Source of the DNA: Podospora anserina
Lineage: Eukaryota
Assembly: GCA_017654855.1 (NCBI GenBank)
Contig: CM030334.1
Span: 1,550,001 to 1,614,000 of the forward strand
DNA: 64,000 nucleotides
Direction of reading: 5' to 3'
The notes beneath the pieces are model-generated. The model did not search any database, was not told the origin of the DNA, and worked only from the letters and a program-made list of their open reading frames with translations. Below, one piece after another: positions 48,520 to 61,558 of this stretch. Position 1 is the first letter of the stretch. Every line of letters begins with the position of its first letter. Both the position numbers and the translations under genes were made by a program.

Positions 48520-50190
48520 ATGGCCACCAATGCGACAAGCTTCACGTCGCCTCTGGCGACAATCAAGTATGGTGCCGTCCCAGTGCCACCACAGCTTGAG
48601 TATGTCTTCGAGATAGTCGCCAATGCGAGTATCTGGCAGATCCTCGTCACACTTCTCGCGCTTGCCGTTGTCTATGACCAGAGTATGTGACCATATGTGG
48701 CCTATTTGCCCTCAGTTGCACTCTGCTAACATGTCCCCCTCTCTCTTCAAGTCCGGTATATCCTCAACAAGGGTACCATCGTGGGTCCCGCCATGAAGGT
48801 CCCCTTCATCGGCCCCTTCCTCGAATCTGTCAACCCCAAGTTCGAGGAGTACCACGCGAAATGGCTGTCGGGTCCCCTGAGCTGTGTTTCCGTCTTCCAC
48901 AAGTTTGTCGTCATCGCCTCGACCCGCGACATGGCCCGCAAGGTGTTCAACTCGCCCGCCTTCGTCAAGCCCTGCGTCGTCGATGTCGCTCACAAGCTTC
49001 TCGGTGCCGACAACTGGGTCTTCCTCGACGGCAAGGCCCACGTTGACTTCCGCAAGGGTCTCAACGGTCTCTTCACCCGTCGCGCCCTCGAGATCTACCT
49101 CCCTGGCCAGGAGGAGGTGTACAACCGCTACTTCAAATCCTTTGTCGACATCTCCAAAGCCGCCAACTTCAAGCCGGTCCCCTGGATGACCCAGTTCCGC
49201 GAGATCATCACGGCCGTCTCCTGCCGCACCTTTGTCGGCCACTACCTCGGCGACGAGGCCGTCAAGAAGATCGCCGACGACTACTACCTCATCACCGAGG
49301 CCCTCGAGCTCGTCAACTTCCCCATCATCATCCCCTTCACCAAGACCTGGTACGGCAAGAAGGCCGCCGATATGGTCCTCGCCGAGTTCGCCCGTTGCGC
49401 CGCCAAGTCCAAGATCCGGATGGCTGCCGGCGGCGAGCCCAACTGCATCATGGACGCCTGGGTTGTCGAGATGATTGCCTCCAAGAAGTGGCGCGACGCC
49501 GAGGAGGCTGGCAACACCGAGGGTCTCACCAAGCCGACTCATGTCCTTCGCGATTTCACCGATTACGAAATCGCCCAAACCGTCTTCACCTTCTTGTTCG
49601 CCTCCCAGGATGCCACCTCTTCTGCCGCCACCTGGCTCTTCCAGATCATGGCCCAACGCCCTGACGTCCTCGACCGCGTCCGCGCTGAGAACTTTGCTAC
49701 CCGCAACGGAAACCCCAACGCCCCTGTTAACCTTGAGCAGCTCGAGTCCATGACTTACACCCGCGCTGTGGTCAGAGAGCTCCTCCGCTACCGCCCACCA
49801 GTGCTCATGGTTCCTTATGTCGCCAAGAAGCCCTTCCCCATCACTGACACCTACACTGCGCCCAAGGGCTCAATGGTCATCCCGTCGACGTACCTCGCTC
49901 TTCGCGACCCAGAAGTCTATCAAAACCCCGATGTCTTTGACCCCGAGAGGTACTACACCGGCGACGCCGAGGTCAAGGGCGCAAAGAACTACCTCGTGTT
50001 CGGCACAGGTCCTCATTACTGCATTGGTCAGCATTACGCCCAGATGAATCTTTGTCTCTTCTTGGGGAAGGCGAGTCTGCAGTTGGAGTGGGAGCACCAT
50101 GCCACGCCTTTGAGTGAGGAGATTCAGGTTTTTGCGACGATTTTCCCCAAGGATCATTGCCCGCTTGTGTTTAAGGAGAGGAGATGGTAG
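48520..50190 (+). CDS. ERG5: Sterol C-22 desaturase, cytochrome P450 CYP61
   Basis: FLFASQDATSS, ELLRYRPP (ExxR), FDPER and heme motif FGTGPHYCIG. Intron 48683..48751. Confidence 0.96.
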
Positions 50191-50959
50191 AGGGGGATGT
50201 GTGTAGATATGAAAGGGTTAATTATAGTAAGAGGATGAATGATATGAAACACAACCTATCAGTGATGATGAAAATAATGGAAAGGAGGGAAAGGGAGGGA
50301 GGATAAGGGGGGTAATGGATGGATGGGATAAAGTTGTAATGTTTAGTTTTTTGTTTTTTAGGGTAGGAAGGGCGGGAGGTGTAAATAGGTTTTCTTCTTC
50401 TTGGATAAGATATGTGATTGTATCGAGTTTTATGGCCCGTCACTGTGAACGGCACAGCGGAGGGTTTTGTTTCGTTGGGGTCGTGGGTAATGCTCATGTG
50501 TTGCGTACTCCTTCGGAGATGGGGAGCCAATGACAGAGAGGGTGGTGAGATTCGGGATGCGAGCTGTTGTTGTGGGAATGGAGTCCGAGTCCGAGGTGTA
50601 TCACTCGTTGAGGAGGATGAAGAAGCTCTCGGAGCGTTCGGAAGCCAAATGTGGTTGAGATAATGCCCCCATATAGGTAGAACAAGATGCACACCCCGTC
50701 GAGTTCAGCCTTATGACATTCAACCGTTTTCGTACCCGTTGAAGGGCCGCAAGCTCAACGGCCCTCGGCGGCGGTTCGCAAAATGACGACGTTGGGTGGG
50801 GCAATTGCTAGCTTTGACTTGAACCTCACTTTCTACAACCTTTCATGTCCCTCACCTTTGAGAGCTTCATCCCCCTTCTCACTAGCCCCTTAAATCACCC
50901 CCATCTTAAAACACTCAATTCCATTCCCATAACAGCCCCCAACTGAACCCCCTATCAAA

Positions 50960-51613
50960 ATGGCCTCCCGCCGCCTCCTAACCCTCCTCCCCCGAGCCGC
51001 CGCCCTCCCCTCCCCAGCAACCCGTCCCATTATCGCGACGACGAGATTGATCAATTCCCGTCAATACCACGACTCCCAAACCCAAACCCTCCAAGGCCCC
51101 CTCTACAAACACCTCACAACCACCTCCAAACCCTCCCCCACCCTCCAAAAAAGAGCCTATTCCTCCGACCCACCAGCCGACGACAACCACCCCTCCAAAA
51201 TCTACGACTTCTCCTCCCTCCAGAAACTAATCTCAAACCCGTCGCCCAAAGTGACAATAATCGGTACTTATTTTCCTCCCCCCCCCCCTTTTCTTACCAC
51301 ACCTTTTACTGACGGCAAAACAGACTCCCGCGAACCAGGCGAACTCCAACAAACAGGCCACATCCCCTCAGCAATCAACATCCCCGTCACCACCTCCCCC
51401 GACTCATTCTTCATCTCCCCCGAAGAATTCGAAGACCGGTTCGGGTTCCCCCGTCCCGCCAAAGACCAGGAACTTATCTTTTATTGCAAGGCTGGGGTCC
51501 GGAGTCGAGCGGCGGCTCAGCTCGCCAAGCAGGCTGGGTGGGAGAAGGTGGGGGAGTATCCGGGTAGTTGGTTGGATTGGTTTGAGAAGGGGGGTGCGGT
51601 TGAGAGATCATGA
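50960..51613 (+). CDS. Mitochondrial single-domain rhodanese / thiosulfate sulfurtransferase (Rdl2-like)
   Basis: Arg/Ser/Thr-rich presequence, IDSREPGE..GHIPSAINIP, FYCKAGVRS and YPGSWLDW. Intron 51264..51323. Confidence 0.88.
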   Translation: MASRRLLTLLPRAAALPSPATRPIIATTRLINSRQYHDSQTQTLQGPLYKHLTTTSKPSPTLQKRAYSSDPPADDNHPSKIYDFSSLQKLISNPSPKVTIIGTYFPPPPPFLTTPFTDGKTDSREPGELQQTGHIPSAINIPVTTSPDSFFISPEEFEDRFGFPRPAKDQELIFYCKAGVRSRAAAQLAKQAGWEKVGEYPGSWLDWFEKGGAVERS

Positions 51614-51943
51614 TTGGGATGTAAAGGGAGCAGGCAAGAGGAAAGGGTGAAGGAGCGGGCGGAGAAGGAAGCAATGGGCGAAAAAAAGCGTCCATGTAGA
51701 CATGAAAATATGCATGGCAAACATGTAAGAACCATATAAGCCGGTGTGTAGAGAGTTGTTAAAAAACAAAGCTTGATATCACAATGCCATACTCGTACAA
51801 CCCTAACCAAGCACGCCTAACCTTGGACAATGATAATTCCATGACTTTTTCGCCTGTGAACGCCCATTAAACCCATCTCGCACACTTCAAACTGACCTCA
51901 CCCCAGTTCCAATACCTCTTCACCACTCTCTCCCCCGTTTCCC

Positions 51944-52949
51944 TTAGAAAAACATGGCCTGCTTATCCCCCCCATCCCCATCCCCACCCCCCGTCCCAGG
52001 CCCCGTCTCCTCCTTTCCCCCAGGCAGCGGGCTCCCATGCGCAAAAAACAGCACCTTGATCGCAATCGCCAACCCAAAGTGCAACGCCACCACCGCCACC
52101 AGCAACACCTTGCTGGTCTGCCTGTCGGTCGCGCTGAGGACAGGATACAAATTCCTCAACAGAAACGCCACACTAACCCCAAACCCAACCCCCACAAACA
52201 CCCAGTTCAAAATCTTGATCGGCGACCAGCTCACGAGCGCGACAGGAATCCAGATCAAGTTCGAATACCCATACAACGCCCAGCACTCCAAAAGATTAGC
52301 CGACTCGGACCCAAAGTACCTCAGCGCAAGATACAGAACCACCGGGATGAAGGTCGTGTACCCGTAAACCAACCCAGCGGCGCCTATCGTTCGTCAGGTT
52401 AGCATCCTTCTCAACACCACCATATATCATATCAAAAAACATACCAGACAACAACCGAAAGTCATACGCAAAATTCCCCCTCCCCGTACTAGCCAGATAA
52501 TCACTTATCGTCCCGCCCAAAAACAAAATCAACACCACCGTCGTCGCGATCCAAAACGGCCCGTACAAATCCGGGTTTCCCTCCAACACATCCAGGAAAT
52601 TAGCCCGCGGGAACAGCGCAGCCCAGCACCGCTGCAAAACACTCGTCGTGTCCACGTCAAAGAACTGGGAGTAGAACCCAAGCGTCCAGATCAGCTTTTT
52701 TCCTCCGCTTTGCCCCCCCGCGGAGGAGGAGGCTGTAGCTGGGAGGGGCAAACCAGATGGTTTGTTCAGGTTCGTTGTGGAGGAAAAATTGGACTGGTGG
52801 AACTCGAGGTCTTCGCGGAGGTCTGTGTGGCCTAAGTCGCCCTGGGGGAGAAAAAGGTTAGTATAGGGGAGGGAAAGGGAAAGGAAGGGGGGAGAGATAA
52901 GTACTTCATCGTCCACGTCTACGACGGCGTCGTAGCCTGAGCGGGACAT
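51944..52949 (-). CDS. Yip1-domain Golgi membrane protein (YIPF1/Yip5-like)
   Basis: FYSQFFDVDT, PDLYGPFWIATT and LYGYSNLIWIP. Introns 52904..52842 and 52444..52384. Confidence 0.88.
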
Positions 52950-53485
52950 GTTGTCCTTTCGGGCAGAGGTGTTTGGAAACTGGAGAAGAGGAATCGATCC
53001 AGTGCGTATTTGTGTGATCAGGTTTCAAACTGGCGCAAAGGTGTTCGTTGTTGGAGCTACTGATGCTGCTCAATCTGGAAACGTTGAAGCTCTCAACTGG
53101 CGAGTGACAGCTTGCGATTGTGTTGCGTGGACACAGCGCCAATTTGAACTCACACCCTGATGGCCGCCCGCTGTCTTGGCACTGTCACCCTGCAGCGGCC
53201 AGCAGTCATGACATAAGCTTGCGCACGTGCCTTTATGTCAAGAGCTCTCTTTGGCCTCTCAAGTCACGATATGTACAGAATCAAGACAAAACGATACAAA
53301 TCAGAGCCCACGTCATGTCATGAATTGATGGTCAGGAGTCTTAAGCTATGGTCATCCGGAATGTACAGCCATATTTGGTCGCCGTAAAAACCAACCCCCC
53401 TGCCAACCCAGTCGCGCAGAACGATACCCATGCCGAGAAAAAACCAAAAGACGCCAGACGACCTTGACCGATGAAGTGAAATCGC

Positions 53486-54228
<743 letters not shown>

Positions 54229-54520
54229 CTTGACCGATTCCCACGAAGCTGGCTGATGAGGTTGACGAGAGAGTTCCAAGTGGAAGCGTAAATTTTGGTG
54301 GGGGTAAGAATCGCCTGCAGAACTGGGACCTAGGGCTCGCCGCCGGATATTTTAGGCAAACTTTGTGGGCCGGTCCGTGCGCACACCTTTCGCTCTGCAG
54401 CTTTCCGCACTGTGGGGCATCATCCGCCCGTCACTTGGCAGGGGTGCTCTCTTGTCACACTGAACCTGCTCTTGGTGAGCAGTCTCGCGGTAGACAAAAT
54501 GACTGAGACTACAACGCCCT

Positions 54521-54700
54521 CTTCACGTCTTTCAGGGCCCATCAACTCTCTCAAAAGGTCTATTAGATATATTTAAAGACCTTTAAACTACCCCTAAAGG
54601 CCTATAATCAACATGTAGCATCTTTAAAGGCTTATTAACTCTCTTATAACGCATATCAACTATTTTGAAAGGCATATGGATTACCTTTCAAGGCCTCAAG
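54521..54700 (-). repeat. Degenerate 21-bp tandem array, left copy
   Basis: About 7-8 units, e.g. ttaaaggcttattaactctct at 54624-54644. It matches the reverse complement of the array at ~56900-57070. Confidence 0.75.
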
Positions 54701-54772
54701 CACGCGTCTGAGATGTAGATAGGAAATGGGTATCACATTGCTCTACACAAACAATCCTCTAAAATACCAAGT

Positions 54773-56626
54773 TTACTCCCCCCGATCTATCCACTCGCCG
54801 ATCCCCGATTCATGCTTGATCTGCTTCTTCTCCATTCTTTGCCAGTTATACAGCAACTGGTCCAGACTGTACACAGCCCTTACCAACTCCTCCAAACCCA
54901 TGCCGGAAATGTCCGCAACAACCTCGTAGAACCTCTTTGCGTGCCCATCAAGCTCCTCTACAAACCTATACTCTCGATAATCAGAACCGATCCTTTTCGT
55001 CTTGATCACACCACCACCACCACCACCACCAGTTCTTGTCCTCGCGTCCAGCTGTGGCTTGATCAACTGCATGGCCTTCCCGACCCTTTGTAACCGCGCC
55101 TCAATCTCGTCCTCAGTCGGCCCTTGCACTCTAGTCACAGGCGGAATCCTTTCGAGAGGAAATAGACGGTCGATTTCCGTTTCATTGGTGGGGTTCTTCT
55201 CAATTTGCGTGTCTTGAAACCAGTTCAGTAGTTCGGTGATATCCTTCTTGTCCATGGTCCAGATTTTCTGGGGGTTCATGCCCTCGAATTCCAACATCGG
55301 TGGCTTCTTGTCTTCGTGATTGGCGAATACCTGTTCCCAGACTTTCCAGTTCATCTTCATGGATAGGACGTCGTTGTGATCGCGCGGGTGTCGGTCGATG
55401 GAATCGAGGGGGTAGAGGTATTTCGTTGCCACGACTAAAGCTGCCGTTAATAGGACGTCTGGGATGTCGAGAAGAGTATGTCGCTCGTGGTTTGTCTCTC
55501 TGGTCGGGAAAGAGTAACGTAGCTGGAGTAATTCGCAGATGTTTTGTGCGTATGGGTGAACGTCCGCTATCCCCAGTCAGCACAGTCTCTAGAACAACCT
55601 ATGAAGACACTTACCCGGAAGAGCCAAATCCTTGATACTCAAAAACAGCAACGGCGGCGCCGCCACAGCCGGAAAAATCAACCCATGATTCTCCTTATAC
55701 CCTATCAGCAACCCCATAACTCTCTTATGAAGCTCTCCTCCCTTGAATTTGACATATCTCGTCAACAAGCTCTGATGAGCCCAAATCGGCAGCCGGTCCT
55801 TCCACTCCTTGGGTATGTAATCAATCTGCCCCCCCCGTCAGCATTTTGTTTCCTTCCTATCCCCCAAAAGACAACTCACCGCCGACAAAAACGGCATCCA
55901 CCCATTCCTCGCCCACCTCCAAACATCCCCCACCCTCACCGGCTCCCCCCTCATCACACACCCCAAATAAACCAACCCCAACGTATCCATCACCCCCGGC
56001 AAATCCCACAACTCACTCCCCCAATCCCTCCTCCTATTTCCCTTTTCCCCCTCCCCCTCCGTCTGGCTACTAAACATCATCAACCCCCCCTCTTCCTCCT
56101 CCCCCTCATCCACACTAACCCCCCTCCTCCGTTTCTTCCTCCTCTCCCCAGCCCCCCCCTCCTCAGCCTCCTCCCTCTTTTTCTCAATCCCCTTAAACCC
56201 CCCAACCCTCAGCAACCACAAATCCCTCACCACCCCCTCCAACTCCCCATTCAACCTCTTCTCTTTAATCAACCACCTCAACTGCTTCCTCAAAATAAGC
56301 TGCAAGCACTCCAAATACAACTTCCTCCCCTCATTCCCACTCAACTGCTGCTTCGGCTTCTCCCTCTTCTCCTTCTTCACCGTCAGCGTCTTGCCCATGG
56401 ACCCGAACCCGTCGCCTTCTTGATCAACGTCGAATTGTACATAACCCTGGGGGCGCTGGGGTTAGCATATAACAATTGACTTGCAGAGGAGAGGGGACAG
56501 ACAAACCTCAACCCGATGCCCATTCTGGCAAAACCTCATCCCGTTATCCAGATACCACTTTTTCGCGGGGCACTCCGAGCATGTCTGCCCCGAGGGAAAG
56601 CGGTGGTGTTTTCGCGGCGGGACCAT
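54773..56626 (-). CDS. RRN7: RNA polymerase I core factor subunit Rrn7 (TAF1B-like)
   Basis: N-terminal zinc ribbon CSECPAKKWYLDNGMRFCQNGH, LYLECLQLILRKQL, VVRDLWLLR and LGLVYLGC. Introns 56506..56447, 55879..55826 and 55614..55567. Confidence 0.82.
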
Positions 56627-56882
56627 CTTGTTTCCGAATCGACTACCAACCCGTGATGAGAAGAAAAGTAGCGTTTGGGTGGTTGTAGAAAATCGAAGGG
56701 AAAAAAAATCAGCTCAAAGGGAGAGATTGTGTCAGTGGCTAAATATTTGTATGGTTGGAGAAAAAAAAAGTGAAGCCGGCGATGTGTTGAAATGTCAAAG
56801 CTTCTTTCTGACTACCAAATCGGGACAGCTACCTACCTACCATACACGCCACTGCAAAATAATTCGACACACATGATAATGT

Positions 56883-57108
56883 CTTGAACCGTGCCTTGAA
56901 AGATAATCGATGGGCGATACAAGGCAATCGACAGACTTTTAAATATAGTCATGGACCTCAAAAGATAGTTAATAGGCCTTAAAACACTACTAATAGGCCT
57001 TTAATGATAGGTAAGAGATCTCAAAAAATAATTAGTAGGCCTCGAATGATAGTCAATAGGCCTCAAAGCTCCTTTGATACGCCTCGTTCTTATTTTAGAA
57101 GACGTAAG
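56883..57108 (+). repeat. Degenerate 21-bp tandem array, right copy (consensus ~AGATAGTTAATAGGCCTYAAA)
   Basis: About 8 units with 21-bp period, e.g. 56963-56983, 56984-57004, 57026-57046 and 57047-57067. Confidence 0.8.
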
Positions 57109-57611
57109 TTGATAGTTGTCATGCGTATTGCTAAGTTACTGTCATATTCTCTAGCATTGGCCAAGATCTGCATGTTTAAACCGAGAGCAGCTTGTATCGT
57201 CTCACACAAGTTCAAGACACATCCACATCACCTCACTACAAATCATAGAATGTTTGCAAACTGATTGGGAAAGCGTCTTTGATTCTACCGGGCGGCGCCC
57301 TCACTACCTGCGAGGGCCAGTTTCTCAGCTCACGTTCACCGCGGCGAACAGAACGAACAAATGCAGGATAGAGCGAGAGAAAGGAGACGTCATTTTTCAT
57401 GCAAGACGAACGCCCATGCCGCAAAATTGTCCAGATAGAATCAATAAAGAACGCTACCGAGAACCCGTGACAATGACCAGCCCAAGAAATATCACAGTAG
57501 ATATGAGATATCTCGCCGTCCAAGCGGACAGCTGACAGCAAAAATCGCCGTTTCCTGGCCGAAGGCCGGATTCCCCCTTCCCACCAATCACATCCCCAGT
57601 CATAGAGACGT

Positions 57612-58452
57612 TTATTTGGTGCCCTCCTTGGCATCGATAGCAGCCTCCTCACCCATGGCAGTCTGAACGGTGACGACTAGAGACAGGGTTAGTACCTGAT
57701 TTGTTTGGCTTCAATAACCCAAGGCAAAACTTACGGGTGTCCTTCTCCTCCTCCTTGAAGAGCTTGTTGATCTTCTCGCCGACCTCGCCGTCAGGGAGCT
57801 TAACGTCATCCTTGAGGTCACCGTCGGCGGTCATGAGAGAGAGGAAACCGTCATCGGAAATATCGATCTAAATATCGCAGTCAGTGGCTGGTCTTGCTTT
57901 CCATGCACGACAGCGCGGCAAAACTCACGAGGGTGTACTCCTGACGCCTGACGACGGGGACGTCCATGTTGTGGGTGGAGGGGGAGAGATCTTCGAGCTT
58001 CTTGCCAGTGAAGATATCAAGGGCGACCAAGTGGACCTTGGCGTGACCGTGCTTGCCGGTCTTGGAGGTGGACATGTCGACGATCTTGCAGGGGCGGTTC
58101 TTGATCACGACGAAGCCGTTCTTGCGCAGAGCAGAGCACTGCATGGGGTAGGTGGTGGAGGCACCGGCATCACCGCCAGCCTCCATCTCGAAGTCGGCAT
58201 CCTGGTGCTAGAGGGTACAAAAAAAGCATGTTAGCGCTATCACTATGTCTTGAGAGGCAAATCCAAGTAAGATGTAGGGTTCGTCAAAAGTGTGCGTGCG
58301 CATCGCGGGGTCGTCGTCGATGGTGTTGCGCAAAAGTGATAGATGGCCAGATGCGGGGTGGACTTTTTTTGCCGCCCAATGGCGCACACTTTCGACAATA
58401 GAGAGGCAGGGCACGAGAGCAGGACAGAGATATCACTACGTACTTCGGCCAT
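57612..58452 (-). CDS. HYP2: Translation factor eIF5A
   Basis: Hypusine motif [12 protein letters not shown]. Coding exon 1 is ATGGCCGAA. Introns 58443..58208, 57928..57868 and 57734..57677. Confidence 0.97.
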
Positions 58453-58976
58453 TTTGATGAATCTGCGAAAAGATACTGGTTGTCTGGAGATAAGTCGTCC
58501 GACCAAGAAGAATGTCGAGATGGAGCCGTGGAGGGAGAAGGGTGAGGAGGAATGGGGACGGTAGGAGAGGAAGAAATTGAGCCCAGGTTTTGAGTGCAGA
58601 GCCGGAACGAGAGAAAAGGCAGTTTCCCCGCCAAGTGGTGACCCCTCCTCTGTCTCGAACCTTGCACCTGTGCACCTGCCACTGGCCACCAAGCCACTGA
58701 AATTCGAATTTGAAGTGGTGGGCTTGCCCACCCGCTGCCTCACAAGGTCTAGCGCCGCTTCCAGACGTCCAAAGGTTTTTAAACCCCACATCACACAGCC
58801 TTTTATTTAACCCTCTTGTCATTGGAGATGTCAAACAGACAACAAATATGCCCCCCCTTCTTTGTGTCTGTGGCCAAGTTCAAGGTACCTTTGTGTGAGA
58901 GGTACCAAGCAAGGGCAGCAAACTTTGATAGCTATGGCCTACCTACCAATTGCCTTGCCGAATTCAAGACATCCAT

Positions 58977-58981
<5 letters not shown>

Positions 58982-59007
<26 letters not shown>
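58982..59007 (+). repeat. (TC)n microsatellite
   Basis: Read directly from the sequence. Confidence 0.85.
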
Positions 59008-59378
59008 CTGTCTCACAAACACTCTGCTGCCCCGCCTTGAATCGTGGTGCCTTGGGGCTAAACCTATTCCAGGGTAGCATCATTCGGGCTGGAACAGGCC
59101 CACTTGTGTCTTCGGAAGCCTTTTCTGATCCATCCAATCAACGCCGACCGGCCTCGGACTGTGCTGCCAGCCTTGCCCAAGGCGCTCATGTCAGCGCACA
59201 TGTCAGCCAAACGGCCACCACCAGCTGTGCACAGGTGTCCATCTGCCAGAGCTCACCCAGCTCCGGCCAGCAGGGTTCACCGCGCAGCATGTCGACAACC
59301 GCCAGACGAGACGTCGGCAGCGCTGCTCACGATTATATTGTGTCTTATCGCTATTACTGACCCATACCAGCTGTCAAG

Positions 59379-61558
59379 ATGTGGCTGGACAGGTTTGCAG
59401 CCCAGCAACAACCAGGCAGAAACAACTCACCACCTCCATCGAACCGATCATCACCACTGCCCCGTCGCACCTCCAGGTCGGGTGGCATCAGCCCCTATAC
59501 AACCTCCCAACAACAACGGCCAGGGATATCACCTAGAGGGTCTTCCCTGTCGCTTGTATCTAACGATTCCTCCTCCTCCCTACTTGCCTCTTCACGGCGC
59601 GCCAATGGCTCCGCCCTGAGGCAGTCGACGACGGTGGACGATGCTCCCGATCCTGAGGAGGTGCTCGCCCGGATACTGGGCCCGTTGTCTGTCGATGTAG
59701 CGCCAGCGCAGCACAGCAGCTCGACTGGGATAACGGAGGAAGATTTGGAGTTGGAGTTTGACTTTGGTGGTCTGAGTTTGCGTGAGCTTGCTGAAAGTGA
59801 CGATGCCGACCAACTAGAAACGGTGGACACGTACAGACCACAGACGGTAGAAGACTGTAGGTCATCGTCCCCAGCCTGCTGCAAGGCATTGCGTTTCCCT
59901 TCTTGTACTTATGATAGTTTCGCGTTAGTTGAACGAGATAAAGCCAAATTCGAAGAGCTTCACCGGTCCATTCGAGCGTGTGATGACATCCTGAATTCCG
60001 TCGAGACGAACCTGACCAGTTTCCGCAACGACCTCGCTGCTGTGTCTGCCGATATTGAGAGCCTCCAAGCCAGATCTACCGCCCTGAATGTCAGATTAGA
60101 AAACAGAAAGGCTGTTGAAAAGGCCTTGGGGCCGATAGTGGAGGAGCTCAGCGTGTCGCCCATGGTGGTTTCCAAGATTGCAGAGGGACACATCGACGAA
60201 GCATGGATCAAAACTCTGGCCGAGGTGGACAAGAGAGCTATGGCTCACAAGAAGAACTCGCAGCAACAAACGCAAAATAAAGCGCTGGCTGATACTGGGC
60301 CGTTGTTGGAGAAGTTGGTTCTCAAGGTACTTGCCGCTTTTTACCCCTATTCAGCTCCACCCACTGACCATGGTGACCGCAGGCCATTGAAAGAATTCGA
60401 GACTTTCTCGTGGCCCAGATCAAAGCCTTGCGATCCCCCAACATCAACGCCCAAATCATCCAACAACAAAATTTCATCAAGTTCAAGGACCTGTTTGGCT
60501 TCCTCAACCGTCATCAGCCGGTCCTAGCAGGGGAAATATGCCAAGCCTACCTCAACACCATGAGGTGGTACTACCTCAACCAGTTCACCCGCTACGAAAA
60601 GGCGCTCCTAAGACTCAAGTTGCATGTCCTGGACAAAAACGACGTCCTAGGCCACGACGACAGCCCCACCACCCGCCGAACCACTCTTCTATCCTCCTCC
60701 AAACTCGCCCCCGGCGCCCCTCCGCACGATGCTTTCAACCTCGGCCGGAGGATTGATGTCCTCAAAAATAACAACAACCTGGCCATCTCTTCTTACCTCG
60801 CCGAGGAGGACACCTCGACTCACTACCTGGAGACGGTGTTCAGAAACTTCAACCTGGCGCTGATAGACAACACCACGGCGGAATATACCTTTTTGGCAGG
60901 GTTCTTCTCCCCAGCCCTATCGTACGGCACGATAAGCAGGCACTTTACTCAGATATTCGAGCCCACCTTCTCCCTCGGGCAGCAGCTCACCCGACAGCTC
61001 GTGTCTGAAACATACGATGGGCTGGGTGTCCTGTTGTGTCTCCGGCTCAACCAAAAATACGCGTTTGAACTCCAGCGTCGCCGGATCCCGTCGGTGGACT
61101 CTTATATTAATGGCACGGGCATGGAGCTCTGGCCGAGGCTGCAGTCCATCATGGACGCGCATCGGGAGTCGGTCAAGACTTTCACTAACGGTTTGGGCAC
61201 GAAGCAGCCGACGGCTGCGGTGGCCAAGGCGGCGAGCGCGGCGCCGCATGTGGTGACGCAGAGGTTTGGGCAGCTGTTGCATGGGATACTGGCTTTGAGC
61301 ACGGAGGCTGGGGATGACGAGCCGGTGGTGGCGAGCTTGAGGAGGTTGGGGGGGGAGGTGGAGAGGTTTTTGGAGGGGTGGAGCAGGACTCGGTTTGGGG
61401 AGGTGGAGGGACGGAAGGGGAGGAGGTTTTTGTATAATAATTGGAGCTTGGTGTTGACTATTCTTGGGGATGTGGCGCTGGAGGGGGAGGGGAAGATGGG
61501 GAGGGAGTTTGTGGGGTGGGTGGAGGGGTTGAAGGGGAAGTACCAGGAGGATGGTTGA
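59379..61558 (+). CDS. VPS52: GARP complex subunit Vps52/Sac2
   Basis: LHRSIRACDDILNSVETNLTSFRNDLAAVSADIESLQARS, NAQIIQQ, LWPRLQ, PHVVTQRF and FLYNNWSLV. Introns 59857..59928 and 60327..60382. Confidence 0.9.

Noticed and set aside
57004..57264. 86-aa ORF with IVNRPQ-like heptads
   Set aside because: By-product of the 21-bp array, with no codon bias or gene signals.
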